Assembly (NCBI GenBank): GCA_030428125.1
Contig: JAUIBF010000002.1
Span: 79,910-143,909 of the forward strand
From: a bacterium
Lineage (GTDB): Bacteria; Patescibacteriota; Saccharimonadia; Saccharimonadales; SZUA-47
Reading direction: 5' to 3'
Length of the DNA stretch: 64,000 nt
The notes below the pieces were generated by a model. The model was not told the DNA's origin. It made no database searches and saw only the letters and a program-made list of their open reading frames with translations. The position numbers and the translations under genes are program-made. Positions 33,610-43,456 of the stretch are shown here, piece after piece. Position 1 is the first letter of the stretch. Each line of letters begins with the position of its first letter.

Positions 33610-35334
33610 ATGGATGCCGTCACCGAGGTTAAGAGCCGGATAAACATAGAGGACATTGTTTCTGAGTATGTACAGCTTAAACGTGCAGGTAGAAATTTCA
33701 AAGGCTTAAGTCCGTTTACTAATGAAAAAACACCCAGTTTTATCGTTAGTCCAGAAAAACAAATTTGGCATGACTTCTCCAGTGGTAAGGGTGGAGATGT
33801 TATTTCGTTTATTCAAGAGGTTGAAGGTCTAGATTTTAAAGGCTCACTTGAGCTGCTTGCTCGCAAAGCTGGGGTTGATCTAAGTAGCTTTAGCAGTGGT
33901 AAACCAGGGGATAGTAAGCAAAAAGACAGGCTGTACAAATTAGTCGAATTAGCAGTTGGCTATTATCAGCAGCAACTAACTAAAAACGAACAACCTCTAA
34001 AATATTTAAGACAAATTAGAGGTTACGAAAAGCAAACGCTGATTGATTTTAAGTTTGGATATTCGCCAAACGGATCAAATAATCTTGGTAAATATCTAGC
34101 AAGCAAAGGTTATACAGACGATGAAATGATTAAAGCGGGTGTTTGCGTGAAGCGGGGGGGCGAAATAGTTGATATGTTCCGTGATAGGTTGATGATTCCT
34201 TTGTCCGATACTCAGGGTAGACCAGTTGGCTTTACGGCGCGTTTACTAAAGAAAAACGATAATGCACCAAAGTATATAAACACCCCAGCAACAATTCTAT
34301 ATGACAAAGGTCGGCAACTATTTGGGTTCTCAACGGCTAAAGAATATATCCGCAAAAGTGGGTATGCAGTAGTCGTTGAAGGGAACTTGGATGTTGTAGC
34401 CAGCTGGCAGGCCGGGGTTAAGCAGGTTGTAGCTTCGGCAGGGACTGCACTTACGACCTATCACTTAAAAACACTGCAAAGATTTACTGGTGATGTGAGA
34501 TTAGCATTTGATGATGATAGGGCAGGACAAGAAGCAGCCGAGCGAACAATTCCACTTGCTCAAGAACTAGGAATCGAACTTAGTTTTATAAAAATTCCAT
34601 CAGGAAAAGACCCCGATGAGTTAATCAAACAAGATGTAGCAGAGTGGCAAAAGACCGTAGATTCACCTATATATATGATTGATTGGCTGATAGACAAGGC
34701 AGCCGGCGAAGTCGACCTAACTACTGCGCCAGGAAAAAGACAATTTACTTCCCGTGTACTCAATATCGTTAAACATATTAAAGATGAGGTAGAGGTTGAA
34801 CACTACATTAGAGTCATCGCCGAAAAGACTAAGACCTCAATCGAATCAGTGAACAAAAAATTTGCAAGCGACAGCAAACAAACTACTGTTAGGTTGAAAA
34901 AACCGAAAATTGAAAAAACAAACGCGCCTGAAGACGCCGAGCAAATAATCAGAGAACAGCATTTCTTAGCAATAATTAAAGAGGTATCCGACCTACGAAA
35001 AGTTCTAGAGTTGCTGCCCAAAGAGATGTTTTCTGAACAAGCCCAACAATTTTTAGAGGATACTGATTCGATGCAAGAGGTGAAAGACACGAGCGAATAT
35101 GGTAAGATGTTAACACTTCTATTTGAGGAAAGCTATCAGCATACTGAACACGAGGAGCTTGAGTATCAAATCAAGCAACTCACGAACAGACTGGTCGAAT
35201 TTTATACAAGACAAGCAAAAAACAACATCTTAAACGAACTCGAAAAAGCAGACGAACACGAGGAGAAACACTTATTAACTCAGGTTAATGAGCTTGAATT
35301 GCTAAAGAAAAAAGTTCAGTCCGCACTAAAGTAA
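33610..35334 (+). CDS. dnaG: DNA primase DnaG (zinc-ligand-less N-terminal domain)
   Basis: N-terminal NFKGLSPFTNEKTPSFIVSPEKQIWHDFSSGKGGDVISF aligns to the CHC2 zinc ribbon. The TOPRIM region reads VVVEGNLDVV...AFDDDRAGQEA. Confidence 0.92.
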   Translation: MDAVTEVKSRINIEDIVSEYVQLKRAGRNFKGLSPFTNEKTPSFIVSPEKQIWHDFSSGKGGDVISFIQEVEGLDFKGSLELLARKAGVDLSSFSSGKPGDSKQKDRLYKLVELAVGYYQQQLTKNEQPLKYLRQIRGYEKQTLIDFKFGYSPNGSNNLGKYLASKGYTDDEMIKAGVCVKRGGEIVDMFRDRLMIPLSDTQGRPVGFTARLLKKNDNAPKYINTPATILYDKGRQLFGFSTAKEYIRKSGYAVVVEGNLDVVASWQAGVKQVVASAGTALTTYHLKTLQRFTGDVRLAFDDDRAGQEAAERTIPLAQELGIELSFIKIPSGKDPDELIKQDVAEWQKTVDSPIYMIDWLIDKAAGEVDLTTAPGKRQFTSRVLNIVKHIKDEVEVEHYIRVIAEKTKTSIESVNKKFASDSKQTTVRLKKPKIEKTNAPEDAEQIIREQHFLAIIKEVSDLRKVLELLPKEMFSEQAQQFLEDTDSMQEVKDTSEYGKMLTLLFEESYQHTEHEELEYQIKQLTNRLVEFYTRQAKNNILNELEKADEHEEKHLLTQVNELELLKKKVQSALK

Positions 35335-35367
35335 ATTAACGCCGAGAAAGGAGAGACTTCGCAGCTC

Positions 35368-35443
35368 TAGGGAAAAGAGCAACCAGAGCACCGGATTTAT
35401 TCCGTGCCCTGCGTGTCGAGAAAAACCGTAGGTTTGTCTTGAA
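35368..35443 (+). promoter_or_regulatory. Conserved intergenic element, copy B (fills the dnaG-rpoD spacer)
   Basis: Aligns with 15407-15483. The core is GAGAAAAACCGTAGGTTTGTCTT. An A-T pair in copy A is replaced by C-G here, a compensatory change. Confidence 0.5.
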
Positions 35444-36584
35444 TAGCGAAGCGAAAAATATTTTGCCAAAAAAGAAAGTTGAAGAACCAATAGACTTAGA
35501 AAAACGAGCAGCTGAATTGCTCGAAAAAGCTAAAAAACAGGGAAAGATTGACCAAAAAGACATCAACGAGGCCATTCCTGATAAACCAGAAAATATCGAT
35601 GCACTAGACGGGTTGTATGAGGAGCTTGCTGAGGCAAACATTACTATTACAGCAAAAGATGCTAGTGGGAAAACTCTTAGTGATGAGTGGGCTGGTGATT
35701 CGGATGACGATGAAGAAGTTGAGCCAGAAAAAGATACTCGTTACCTAGACGATGTTGCTGATGACTCAGTGCGACTATACTTGCGAGAAATTGGTAAAAT
35801 TCCACTTCTAACAGCGGAAGAAGAGCTAGCTCTAGCTAAAAAAGTTGTCGCTGGTGATAAACGAGCCAAGGACAAGATGGCAGAAGCAAACATGCGTTTG
35901 GTCGTTTCTATTGCTAAGAGATATGTAGGTCGTGGGTTAGACCTGCTTGATTTGATTCAAGAAGGAAACACAGGTCTTCTCCGTGCTGTTGAAAAGTTTG
36001 ATCCGGACAAAGGTTTCAAATTCTCGACTTACGCTACATGGTGGATTAGGCAAGCGATTACACGTGCAATCGCTGACCAGGCTAGAACTATTCGTATTCC
36101 GGTGCACATGGTTGAGACAATTAACAAACTGCTTCGTACTCAACGTCGACTAACTCAAGACCTAAACCGTGAACCAACCAATGAAGAAATTGCTGAGGCA
36201 ATGGAACTAGACGTTGAAAAAGTTGAGCACATCATGAAGATTAAGCAGGACATTAGCTCTCTAGATGCTAGTGTTCGTGATGATGAAGAAGATTCAGTGT
36301 TAGGTGATTTCATCGAAGACGAAGATACAGTAACACCTGAAGAATCAGCAACTGGACAACTACTTAAAGAGCAGGTTAAAGGATTACTTGGCAGTCTTTC
36401 TGAACGTGAACAAAAAATATTACGGCTTAGATTTGGTCTAGAAGACGGCAAGAACCACACTCTAGAAGAAGTTGGGCAGGAATTTTCTGTTACACGTGAA
36501 CGTATTCGTCAAATCGAAGCTAAGGCGCTTGCTAAGCTCAAAAAACACAAGGACTCAAAGAAATTAATGGATTACCTAAAGTAG
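35439..36584 (+). CDS. rpoD: RNA polymerase primary sigma factor (sigma-70)
   Basis: Regions 2-4 are recognisable: [40 protein letters not shown] and [24 protein letters not shown]. The start is uncertain (TTG 35439 or TTG 35463) because there is no in-frame ATG early in the ORF. Confidence 0.93.
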   Translation: MNSEAKNILPKKKVEEPIDLEKRAAELLEKAKKQGKIDQKDINEAIPDKPENIDALDGLYEELAEANITITAKDASGKTLSDEWAGDSDDDEEVEPEKDTRYLDDVADDSVRLYLREIGKIPLLTAEEELALAKKVVAGDKRAKDKMAEANMRLVVSIAKRYVGRGLDLLDLIQEGNTGLLRAVEKFDPDKGFKFSTYATWWIRQAITRAIADQARTIRIPVHMVETINKLLRTQRRLTQDLNREPTNEEIAEAMELDVEKVEHIMKIKQDISSLDASVRDDEEDSVLGDFIEDEDTVTPEESATGQLLKEQVKGLLGSLSEREQKILRLRFGLEDGKNHTLEEVGQEFSVTRERIRQIEAKALAKLKKHKDSKKLMDYLK

Positions 36585-36591
36585 GCTAACT

Positions 36592-37194
36592 GTGAAAATA
36601 GTTGGAGTAAGCGGCAGAGACAGAAGCGGGAAAGACACAATCGCTGAGTACCTAATTGAAAAAGGCTATTTTGGTTATTCGTTAGGTGATGCTGTGCGCA
36701 GACACTCTATGACTCGTCACAAAGACAAAGAGGATCCTATTTCTGTTCGTAACATGACCGAAACTTCTAACTGGCTCCGTACGACCTATGGTCCTGACGT
36801 GGTACTAAAGCAAGCTTTAGAAGAGTACGAAAAGGCTCTCGAAAACGGTAAAGTGTATAAAGGCATTGTAGTTTATAGCGTTAGGGCACCTATTGAAGTT
36901 GATTTTATTTTAGATAACGACGGTGTGATGGTCTGGATAGAATCATCCGACGAAACACGTTATCGTCGCAAAATTGCAAACATGCGTGAAGGTGAAGCGA
37001 AAGTCACGATTGAAGAGATGTTAAGCCAGGAAGCTTTGCAAACTAGCCCACAAGCAGACAAACCTAGAGAAGTCCAAATGGATCTTCAGTATGTTCAGTC
37101 TAAAGCCACTGTGGTCATAGAAAATAATAGCGATGATATAGAGCAGTTTTTTCAGAAAGCAGCAGATCAACTTAGCAATAAATTGGAGCTGTGA
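36592..37194 (+). CDS. P-loop nucleotide kinase-like protein (dNMP kinase-like, tentative)
   Basis: Walker A-like GVSGRDRSGKDT and a length of 200 aa. GTG start. Confidence 0.5.
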   Translation: MKIVGVSGRDRSGKDTIAEYLIEKGYFGYSLGDAVRRHSMTRHKDKEDPISVRNMTETSNWLRTTYGPDVVLKQALEEYEKALENGKVYKGIVVYSVRAPIEVDFILDNDGVMVWIESSDETRYRRKIANMREGEAKVTIEEMLSQEALQTSPQADKPREVQMDLQYVQSKATVVIENNSDDIEQFFQKAADQLSNKLEL

Positions 37195-38294
37195 TGAGCG
37201 CTAAAACTACTCAGAATGATAAATTTGTAAGTAGCTTAAAAGACTATAAACAAATAATTGATTTAGAGATTGATAAGTATTGTGAACAAGCGTTGACCGA
37301 TACACACGAGCAGTTCGGTGAGTATTCCCAGGAAGCAGTAAAGGTATTTTGTGAAATTCTGAAGCGTGGCGGTAAACGAATGCGCGGGATTCTGGCTATA
37401 AATTCCTATAGAATGTTTGGTGGCAAAAATCCGAAAGTTGAAGCCAAAGCAGCTCTTGCAATCGAGATGCTCCATGCCTACATTTTGATGGCAGACGACA
37501 TTCAGGATCGCTCTGACACAAGACGAAATGGTCCGACAGCACACGTAATGCTAGCTGACTATCACAAAGAAAATCACTTACGTGATGATTCAGATCATTT
37601 CGGAACAAGCATTGCTATTAACGGGTTCTTGTTTGGTGCTCATAGTGCGCTAAATATTTTAGCTGATTTAGATGTACTACCTAAACTGCGACTTGAAGCA
37701 ATAAAAAACGTTAATAACTTCTTTATTTCAACAGCACATGGTCAGACGGTAGATATTTTTAATGAAGTGATAGAAGAAGCATCTGAGCAGGATGTTGACA
37801 AAGTTATGACCTGGAAAACTGCATACTATAGCTTTATGAATCCGCTTCAGCTCGGAGCAATTTTAGCTGGCGCAAAACGAAACGACTTAGAAAAGCTGGA
37901 AGATTATTCACTTAGTGCCGGAAGAGTATTTCAGATAACCGACGACATTCTCGGTGTGTTCGGTAAGGACGAAGTTACAGGTAAAAGTTCACTGGATGAC
38001 ATTAAAGAAGGGAAGCGAACGCTTCTAACCGTAAAAGCAATTGAACTTGCCCCTAAAGCTGATGCTTACTACTTAGAACAAATGCTAGGAAATAAAAAAT
38101 TGACAGCCAATCAATTCAAAAGATGCAAAGAAATAATTGAATCATCAGGCGCTCTAGCTTATGCTCAACGTCAAGCAAAAAACTCTGTTGTTGATGCGCT
38201 TAACTCCTTAGATAAGCCAAACAAATCTTGGGGTAAACTAGAATTAGATTTCCTAGAATCGCTAGTCAAGACTTTGCCAAGTAGGGTAAGTTAA
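37194..38294 (+). CDS. Trans-polyprenyl diphosphate synthase (FPP/GGPP synthase family)
   Basis: First Asp-rich motif LMADDIQD and second FQITDDILG. The ATG overlaps the previous stop (TGATG). Confidence 0.85.
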   Translation: MSAKTTQNDKFVSSLKDYKQIIDLEIDKYCEQALTDTHEQFGEYSQEAVKVFCEILKRGGKRMRGILAINSYRMFGGKNPKVEAKAALAIEMLHAYILMADDIQDRSDTRRNGPTAHVMLADYHKENHLRDDSDHFGTSIAINGFLFGAHSALNILADLDVLPKLRLEAIKNVNNFFISTAHGQTVDIFNEVIEEASEQDVDKVMTWKTAYYSFMNPLQLGAILAGAKRNDLEKLEDYSLSAGRVFQITDDILGVFGKDEVTGKSSLDDIKEGKRTLLTVKAIELAPKADAYYLEQMLGNKKLTANQFKRCKEIIESSGALAYAQRQAKNSVVDALNSLDKPNKSWGKLELDFLESLVKTLPSRVS

Positions 38295-38326
38295 TTTACA
38301 AAAATACAAAATAGTTATAAAATATA

Positions 38327-38340
38327 TCCATAAATATGGA
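38327..38340. promoter_or_regulatory. Inverted repeat TCCATA-AA-TATGGA just upstream of the 38350 gene
   Basis: Read directly from the sequence. It lies between an AT-rich -10-like TATAAAAT and the ATG. Confidence 0.3.
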
Positions 38341-38349
38341 ACTTAGTTC

Positions 38350-39510
38350 ATGAACGTTGTAGATTTAGGAAATAGAGAAAGTCTGGAAACTTATAGAGCA
38401 GGTGTAGTCGAGGCATTACCGCAGATATTGGGTGATGTTGGGTTCGCCGAACAAGCTAGGTTGGTAGAGCAAGGTAGAGTTAATGACTTTCTGACCTGGT
38501 ATACGGGCTCCGTCGCAATTGAAGGACATGGCGCTACGGCTAACGCAATCGGTTTAACGCCTGAGCAAACATCTAAATTTAACGCTCATGCTATCGAACA
38601 CAGATTGATGGGTCCGGTAGATTTATGGACTCCAGATGATGATATACCAACGGGGCAGAATGTAGGCGATATAAAACTATATGACCCATTCCCGGAGATC
38701 GATAAGCTAATACCCGAGGCATACCAAGCAGGTAGAAGTTTCGTAGTCGGTGCTTTGTTTAGAGGCATGGTCGGAAGAATTGATTCAGCTGTGGAACTTG
38801 CAAGACGAAACGAGAGATTTAATAGTGGGATAGGATATGAATTTGTGATGCTTTCTGGTCAAAGAGAGCCATTGGCTGGAGATTTAGGTGGTGAAGTGTA
38901 CAAAGAATTTTTCCCTCAAACAACCGGTGATGTGGAACAATATTTAGAACTTTTGAAAGACGAGCCTACAATGGCTACTGCAATTTTCGCAAAACACTTA
39001 GAGTTTGTTGGTGAACCTGAAGTCGTATACGATGAAAATCCTGATTCACCTGAAATGAGCCATCCAGACTTAGGTCCTCGAACATGGATAAAGAAATCTT
39101 ACACAGCCACACTAGACGGAAAACCAGTAACTCTTACAGTGATGAATGCAAAGGCAGTACCTCCAGCAGGGCAGATGAACCGTTCGGGCTGGAAACCAAA
39201 CGCTTCTGATGCACTTTCTGACTGGATTGAACACACAGATCCAGAAACACTAAACCAAGTAGCTGTTTACAACATATCCTATGCTCATATGCTTCGAATT
39301 GCAGCAGCGCTACACAAAGCCGGCCATGATGTGGACAGCAGACTAGCAAGCGCAATCCCTGTAGGGAATATGCCGTTAGAATCAACTTGGTACGGTGTCA
39401 ACAGAAATGGCCATATGAATGGCGGGACGTTAGGGTTTAAAGAAATAGTCCCAGTAGTGATGAATGTTAATGAGCTGGTCGGAAGAGATAAGAACGATTT
39501 AAGCGTCTAG
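38350..39510 (+). CDS. Hypothetical protein (386 aa)
   Basis: Long ORF with no motif recognised. Convergent with the ATPase operon. Confidence 0.55.
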   Translation: MNVVDLGNRESLETYRAGVVEALPQILGDVGFAEQARLVEQGRVNDFLTWYTGSVAIEGHGATANAIGLTPEQTSKFNAHAIEHRLMGPVDLWTPDDDIPTGQNVGDIKLYDPFPEIDKLIPEAYQAGRSFVVGALFRGMVGRIDSAVELARRNERFNSGIGYEFVMLSGQREPLAGDLGGEVYKEFFPQTTGDVEQYLELLKDEPTMATAIFAKHLEFVGEPEVVYDENPDSPEMSHPDLGPRTWIKKSYTATLDGKPVTLTVMNAKAVPPAGQMNRSGWKPNASDALSDWIEHTDPETLNQVAVYNISYAHMLRIAAALHKAGHDVDSRLASAIPVGNMPLESTWYGVNRNGHMNGGTLGFKEIVPVVMNVNELVGRDKNDLSV

Positions 39511-39577
39511 AAATTAACAAAATAGTTAAAAAATCTAGGACAAGCTACGAGCCACTGAGCATCTAGACGAAACGTTT

Positions 39578-40270
39578 CTAGTTGCTTAAGATCCATTGCT
39601 TCACGAGCTTTTCCCACTTGCGGTATTCAGCTTCTTCGAACTGCATGTTACCGATACAGAAACGCTTATCCATTATTTGTGAACAGAACATACAATCACT
39701 TAAGTTTTTGCTGTCTTTGATGAACATAGAGTTTGTAATATTCCCAGACCATGAAACCTGGAAGCTCTTTGTGACTTTGTTGCTGTCGTCAACTCGCAAG
39801 GAATAAATACAAGTGTTAGATCTTTGGATAGCGGCAGAGTACTCGCAGAAAAGGCTAGTTTCGCTGAACAAAACATTCTTAGAATCGTGGATATCTATAC
39901 ACTGGTATATGTTTTGCGAGCCATATATCGCATCACTTTTGGCAACGTTTAATGAATTAATTGTACGTTCTGCTGCAGTATAGTTTACCTCTTGCCAGAT
40001 ACGCATAATGTCTTCAATTGAATTGATTGGTTGGGTAGGGCGCATCATGTCGTTACCTCTCTCGATGATCCCCTGGAAGTTCAAGAATTTATTTCCCGAT
40101 GCATTTTGTACCCATGTAGGTTTGCCGGTTACGGAATCGATAACTTCTGATGTTGTCCTGATATCGAACGCAAACTTATCTTTAAACTGGTCTAGTGAAT
40201 AGGGATTCTGTAAGCCAAAGATTTGTCCGATTATGGTGTCTGCTATCTGTTTTGCTATGTTATCGTCCAT
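39578..40270 (-). CDS. Hypothetical Cys-rich protein with short periodic [DG]S-x-N repeats (beta-solenoid-like?)
   Basis: 230 aa. The C-terminal half repeats GSQNIYQC / DSKNVLFS / RSNTCIYS / DSNKVTKS / SGNITNSM / DSKNLSDC. It starts 9 nt after the ATPase gene. Confidence 0.55.
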   Translation of the reverse strand: MDDNIAKQIADTIIGQIFGLQNPYSLDQFKDKFAFDIRTTSEVIDSVTGKPTWVQNASGNKFLNFQGIIERGNDMMRPTQPINSIEDIMRIWQEVNYTAAERTINSLNVAKSDAIYGSQNIYQCIDIHDSKNVLFSETSLFCEYSAAIQRSNTCIYSLRVDDSNKVTKSFQVSWSGNITNSMFIKDSKNLSDCMFCSQIMDKRFCIGNMQFEEAEYRKWEKLVKQWILSN

Positions 40271-40279
40271 GTTCTTCTC

Positions 40280-42523
40280 CTATTCTACACTGGTTTTGGT
40301 TGATTCTTGTTTCATTAATGAGGATAAATCCGGCATGCCTCGGTCAACTACAGGAACGCCACTCATCGCAAATCTTAAGACGGTTGGTGCTAGTATTGTG
40401 GCATCAACTGGACTATGGCCAATTTTGCTTTGAGACGAAGACTCTATATTGGTGTTTCCTGTGCCTTCGCCAGGAAGCAGTTCGGTACGTTCGTCTGATC
40501 TAAATGCTTCTGGATGAGCCTCTTGTAAAAGTTGTGACACGTCTTTGTTGGTATATTCATTTTCGATGTCTACTGGTTGCACAGAAAAATCAGGTGGTTT
40601 CTGGATCTGAGTGGTTATAGCGCTTTCGGCACGATCAAAGAAGTCATCAATTGCGATTGGTGCTGACTCTTCAAATGGTTTCAGTTCCTCAGGACTAACT
40701 TTTTGGGCTTCCATAGGTTTCCTGGAAGCCTGGTAATCTTCAGAAACAGGTCGGTAACCGTTCAGCGCATCGTATGAAATATCTACGGTCTTTGCTTTAA
40801 AACTAGGTAAAATTTTACCGCCAGCAGAAATCCGTACAATACATTCTCGTGGATGTAGTTCGGTCAAGAATCGTGCTTTTAAGACTTCTTCTTTTACGCC
40901 TTTTTCTTTGGACTCCACAGCAATTTCTTTAGGGATTTCCATAGTTAAATTACCGACTAGTTGAGTTGCGTCTTCTTCAGAAACACGGAAACAGTAATAG
41001 TTACTTACGTTGGCGAATATAGCATCAGACAAACCTTTTTCTACCTGAGTAAAGTATTGTTGGGTGAGAATTACGAACAGATTGTATTTGCGAGCTTCAG
41101 ATAATATTGAAGCTAGAGCAGGGGTCTGCACAACCGAAACCTCGTCGATAAATAACAATACTTTTTGATTGAAGGCTTTAGACTGTGCGAGCAGGAATAT
41201 CTGCTGTATTAGAAGTCCGGCAACTGTTTTTACCACTTTTTCGCCCATAGAGACTTTATTAAGTGAGAATACTGTTAGGAAATTTTCATTAATGCTTTTC
41301 TGTAAAGACAAACCACCTTCTGCGAGGAAAGTTGGTTGCAGTTCCATTTCATCAACGATTGAAATAATAGGTAACAAGCCTTTTTCGTAGTGTGCTGTTC
41401 GAATTTCGTTAAAGTCTGTACCGAAGAAATGAATTATATTGTTTGGTACATGTCCATCAACATGGTCCAAAATTTGTTGACGCAGTTCCGTTTCTATTAA
41501 AAATCTCTTTAGATTACCCATCGACATATTTTTTGCCGTGAATAAGACAAACAGTGTCATTCGTAAAACTCGCTCAACTTGTGAGTTCCAGCTTACGCCA
41601 ATCAATGACTTCATCAATGTCGTCGTTAATTCAGTTGCACCCGTTACGTCAGCTTCGGCACCGGCAAATAACTCAGCACTGTCGCTCCCGAAATCTACTA
41701 GCTGCATACTGCCACCTGCACTAGAATTTTGTAGATCAGTTGCCAGGTTAGCATGTGGGTCAACAACTACTATCCGGTAGTTGTTATTGGTCGGCATTTT
41801 GTGTATTCGGTCGATAAATAACTCAATGAACTTAGACTTACCGGAACCTGATGCACCAACAATCATGGAATGTTTATCAAATTCAAAGTTACCCAAGTTT
41901 AGATAGTAGGGCTTTGTAAGGTAGGGGAAAGTGTTAACCTCTAAAATACTATTATGACTTTCCGGTGACATCCACTTCAGAGATTTTTCAATATTCAGAT
42001 ACTTTGGGACTTCACTTCGAATAATATTTGAAGCAGAAGAGAAATCCACTGCGAATAAATGAGAAGGGAACGAAGCTGCAGTTTTCTTGGCAACCACAGG
42101 TTGACCAGCTGCATCGTTAAAATAAAAGCTTAAACTAACCTGGTCGTATTTATCGGTTAGCCAGCGAGTTTCGCAGATAAAATGCTCTAACTTAATATTC
42201 TTTTTAGTAGACATTTTTTCTTGCAAGTTAAGTAAATTACCACCACTTGGCAGGGTGAAGAAGCCCTGTTTGCCAGGGTTTTCCGGAGTAGCTATTTCTT
42301 CTGCTTCAACGGGTTGTAAGGTGCAAAAATCATTTGCGCTTGAGAGCGAAGATAAATCTTTCTCCGACTCAATAAAATAGCGCATGTGATTATCATGTAA
42401 TGTGATGTGATAACGAATTTTCTTAAGCAGGCCACTATTGCTAGCTATAGATTTATTGAAGGCAGCAAAAGCTTCTTTTGTTATTTCATCTTTGTTTATG
42501 AATAGCTCAAATACGTAGCTCAT
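40280..42523 (-). CDS. FtsK/HerA/TraB-VirB4-superfamily P-loop ATPase (747 aa)
   Basis: Walker A HSMIVGASGSGKSKF, Walker B VLLFIDEVSVV, and SEARKYNLFVILTQQ, the arginine/TQ segment typical of this superfamily. It has no TM helix, an unrecognised N-terminal 220 aa and a disordered C-terminal 160 aa. Confidence 0.75.
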   Translation of the reverse strand: MSYVFELFINKDEITKEAFAAFNKSIASNSGLLKKIRYHITLHDNHMRYFIESEKDLSSLSSANDFCTLQPVEAEEIATPENPGKQGFFTLPSGGNLLNLQEKMSTKKNIKLEHFICETRWLTDKYDQVSLSFYFNDAAGQPVVAKKTAASFPSHLFAVDFSSASNIIRSEVPKYLNIEKSLKWMSPESHNSILEVNTFPYLTKPYYLNLGNFEFDKHSMIVGASGSGKSKFIELFIDRIHKMPTNNNYRIVVVDPHANLATDLQNSSAGGSMQLVDFGSDSAELFAGAEADVTGATELTTTLMKSLIGVSWNSQVERVLRMTLFVLFTAKNMSMGNLKRFLIETELRQQILDHVDGHVPNNIIHFFGTDFNEIRTAHYEKGLLPIISIVDEMELQPTFLAEGGLSLQKSINENFLTVFSLNKVSMGEKVVKTVAGLLIQQIFLLAQSKAFNQKVLLFIDEVSVVQTPALASILSEARKYNLFVILTQQYFTQVEKGLSDAIFANVSNYYCFRVSEEDATQLVGNLTMEIPKEIAVESKEKGVKEEVLKARFLTELHPRECIVRISAGGKILPSFKAKTVDISYDALNGYRPVSEDYQASRKPMEAQKVSPEELKPFEESAPIAIDDFFDRAESAITTQIQKPPDFSVQPVDIENEYTNKDVSQLLQEAHPEAFRSDERTELLPGEGTGNTNIESSSQSKIGHSPVDATILAPTVLRFAMSGVPVVDRGMPDLSSLMKQESTKTSVE

Positions 42524-42531
42524 CTTTAAGT

Positions 42532-43308
42532 TTATTGTACTTCTAATGAAGTCTTTCTGCTAGCTTCTGTGCCGGCTTTAACTAAACCAAAGATTTGCTT
42601 TATAGACTCTGCAATCTGTGGGCTGTCGATAATCATACCAATCGCTTCTTCGCCGAAAGAAATAATACTAACTTTGTTGCCGTAGGCTGCGATCTCTACC
42701 GGGGCAGTGTAATCATCCACTCCAATTTGAGTACGGACCAGGTTAAATTCGGAGTCCAGTTTTTTGTTCCACGCATCAGTGTCTTCGCTGCCATTTAGGA
42801 CATGGGTTTTTATTCCTAGTTGTGCTCGCTTTTTCTTGTAGGCAATATAGTAATCGGTAGAAAGTAGGTCTTGATCGTGCAGGGAACGGAACAAGTAGAT
42901 GTCCTTACAGGTACGCAAGGTGTCATTGTATATTTCTTTAATTTCGTTAATGCCTTGGTAAAACTTAATGCCTGGTTGGTCTGAAAACGTCTGGAAATAC
43001 TTGAGCATCATTGGCATAGATGCTTGCACTTTTCGTTCTTGCTCGAGTGCTTCACCGCGTTTTTTTGCGGCCAATCTCTCTAGAGCTACCGGGTTCTCTG
43101 GGTAGTAAGTTAATTTTTTTCTGACTTCTTTTTCTTTGGCTAGCCCCATAGTGGTTAGTTGGTCCAATACTGCATATGCGTTGGTGCGCTTAATTTTGAG
43201 CTTCTCTACTAATTCCGGTGGGGTAAGCGATCCAGATTTAATAAGGGTAATATAAGCACTCGCTTGAGTGTCATTAAGTCCTATCTTGGTTAGGGTAGCC
43301 TTATCCAT
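42532..43308 (-). CDS. TrmB-like winged-helix transcriptional regulator
   Basis: The N-terminus LTKIGLNDTQASAYITLIKSGSLTPPELVEKLKIKRTNAYAVLDQLTTMGLA is a TrmB-type wHTH. 258 aa total, as in TrmB-family proteins. Confidence 0.7.
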   Translation of the reverse strand: MDKATLTKIGLNDTQASAYITLIKSGSLTPPELVEKLKIKRTNAYAVLDQLTTMGLAKEKEVRKKLTYYPENPVALERLAAKKRGEALEQERKVQASMPMMLKYFQTFSDQPGIKFYQGINEIKEIYNDTLRTCKDIYLFRSLHDQDLLSTDYYIAYKKKRAQLGIKTHVLNGSEDTDAWNKKLDSEFNLVRTQIGVDDYTAPVEIAAYGNKVSIISFGEEAIGMIIDSPQIAESIKQIFGLVKAGTEASRKTSLEVQ

Positions 43309-43314
43309 GTAATA

Positions 43315-43343
43315 AAAATATCAGAAAAATATATATTTGTCAA
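43315..43343 (-). promoter_or_regulatory. Promoter of the TrmB-like/ATPase operon (TTGACA-17-TATTTT, 6 nt to the ATG)
   Basis: Read on the minus strand. The -35 box lies inside the inverted repeat TTTGTCA-N9-TGACAAA (43336-43358). Confidence 0.55.
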
Positions 43344-43456
43344 TAAAAAAATGACAAAATGCCAATAATAAAAACAGATAAAGCACACCAATAAGACATC
43401 GTATAATTGACAAAAATATAGATTTAATTTATTGTTTATATCCAAAGGAGTTTTTG

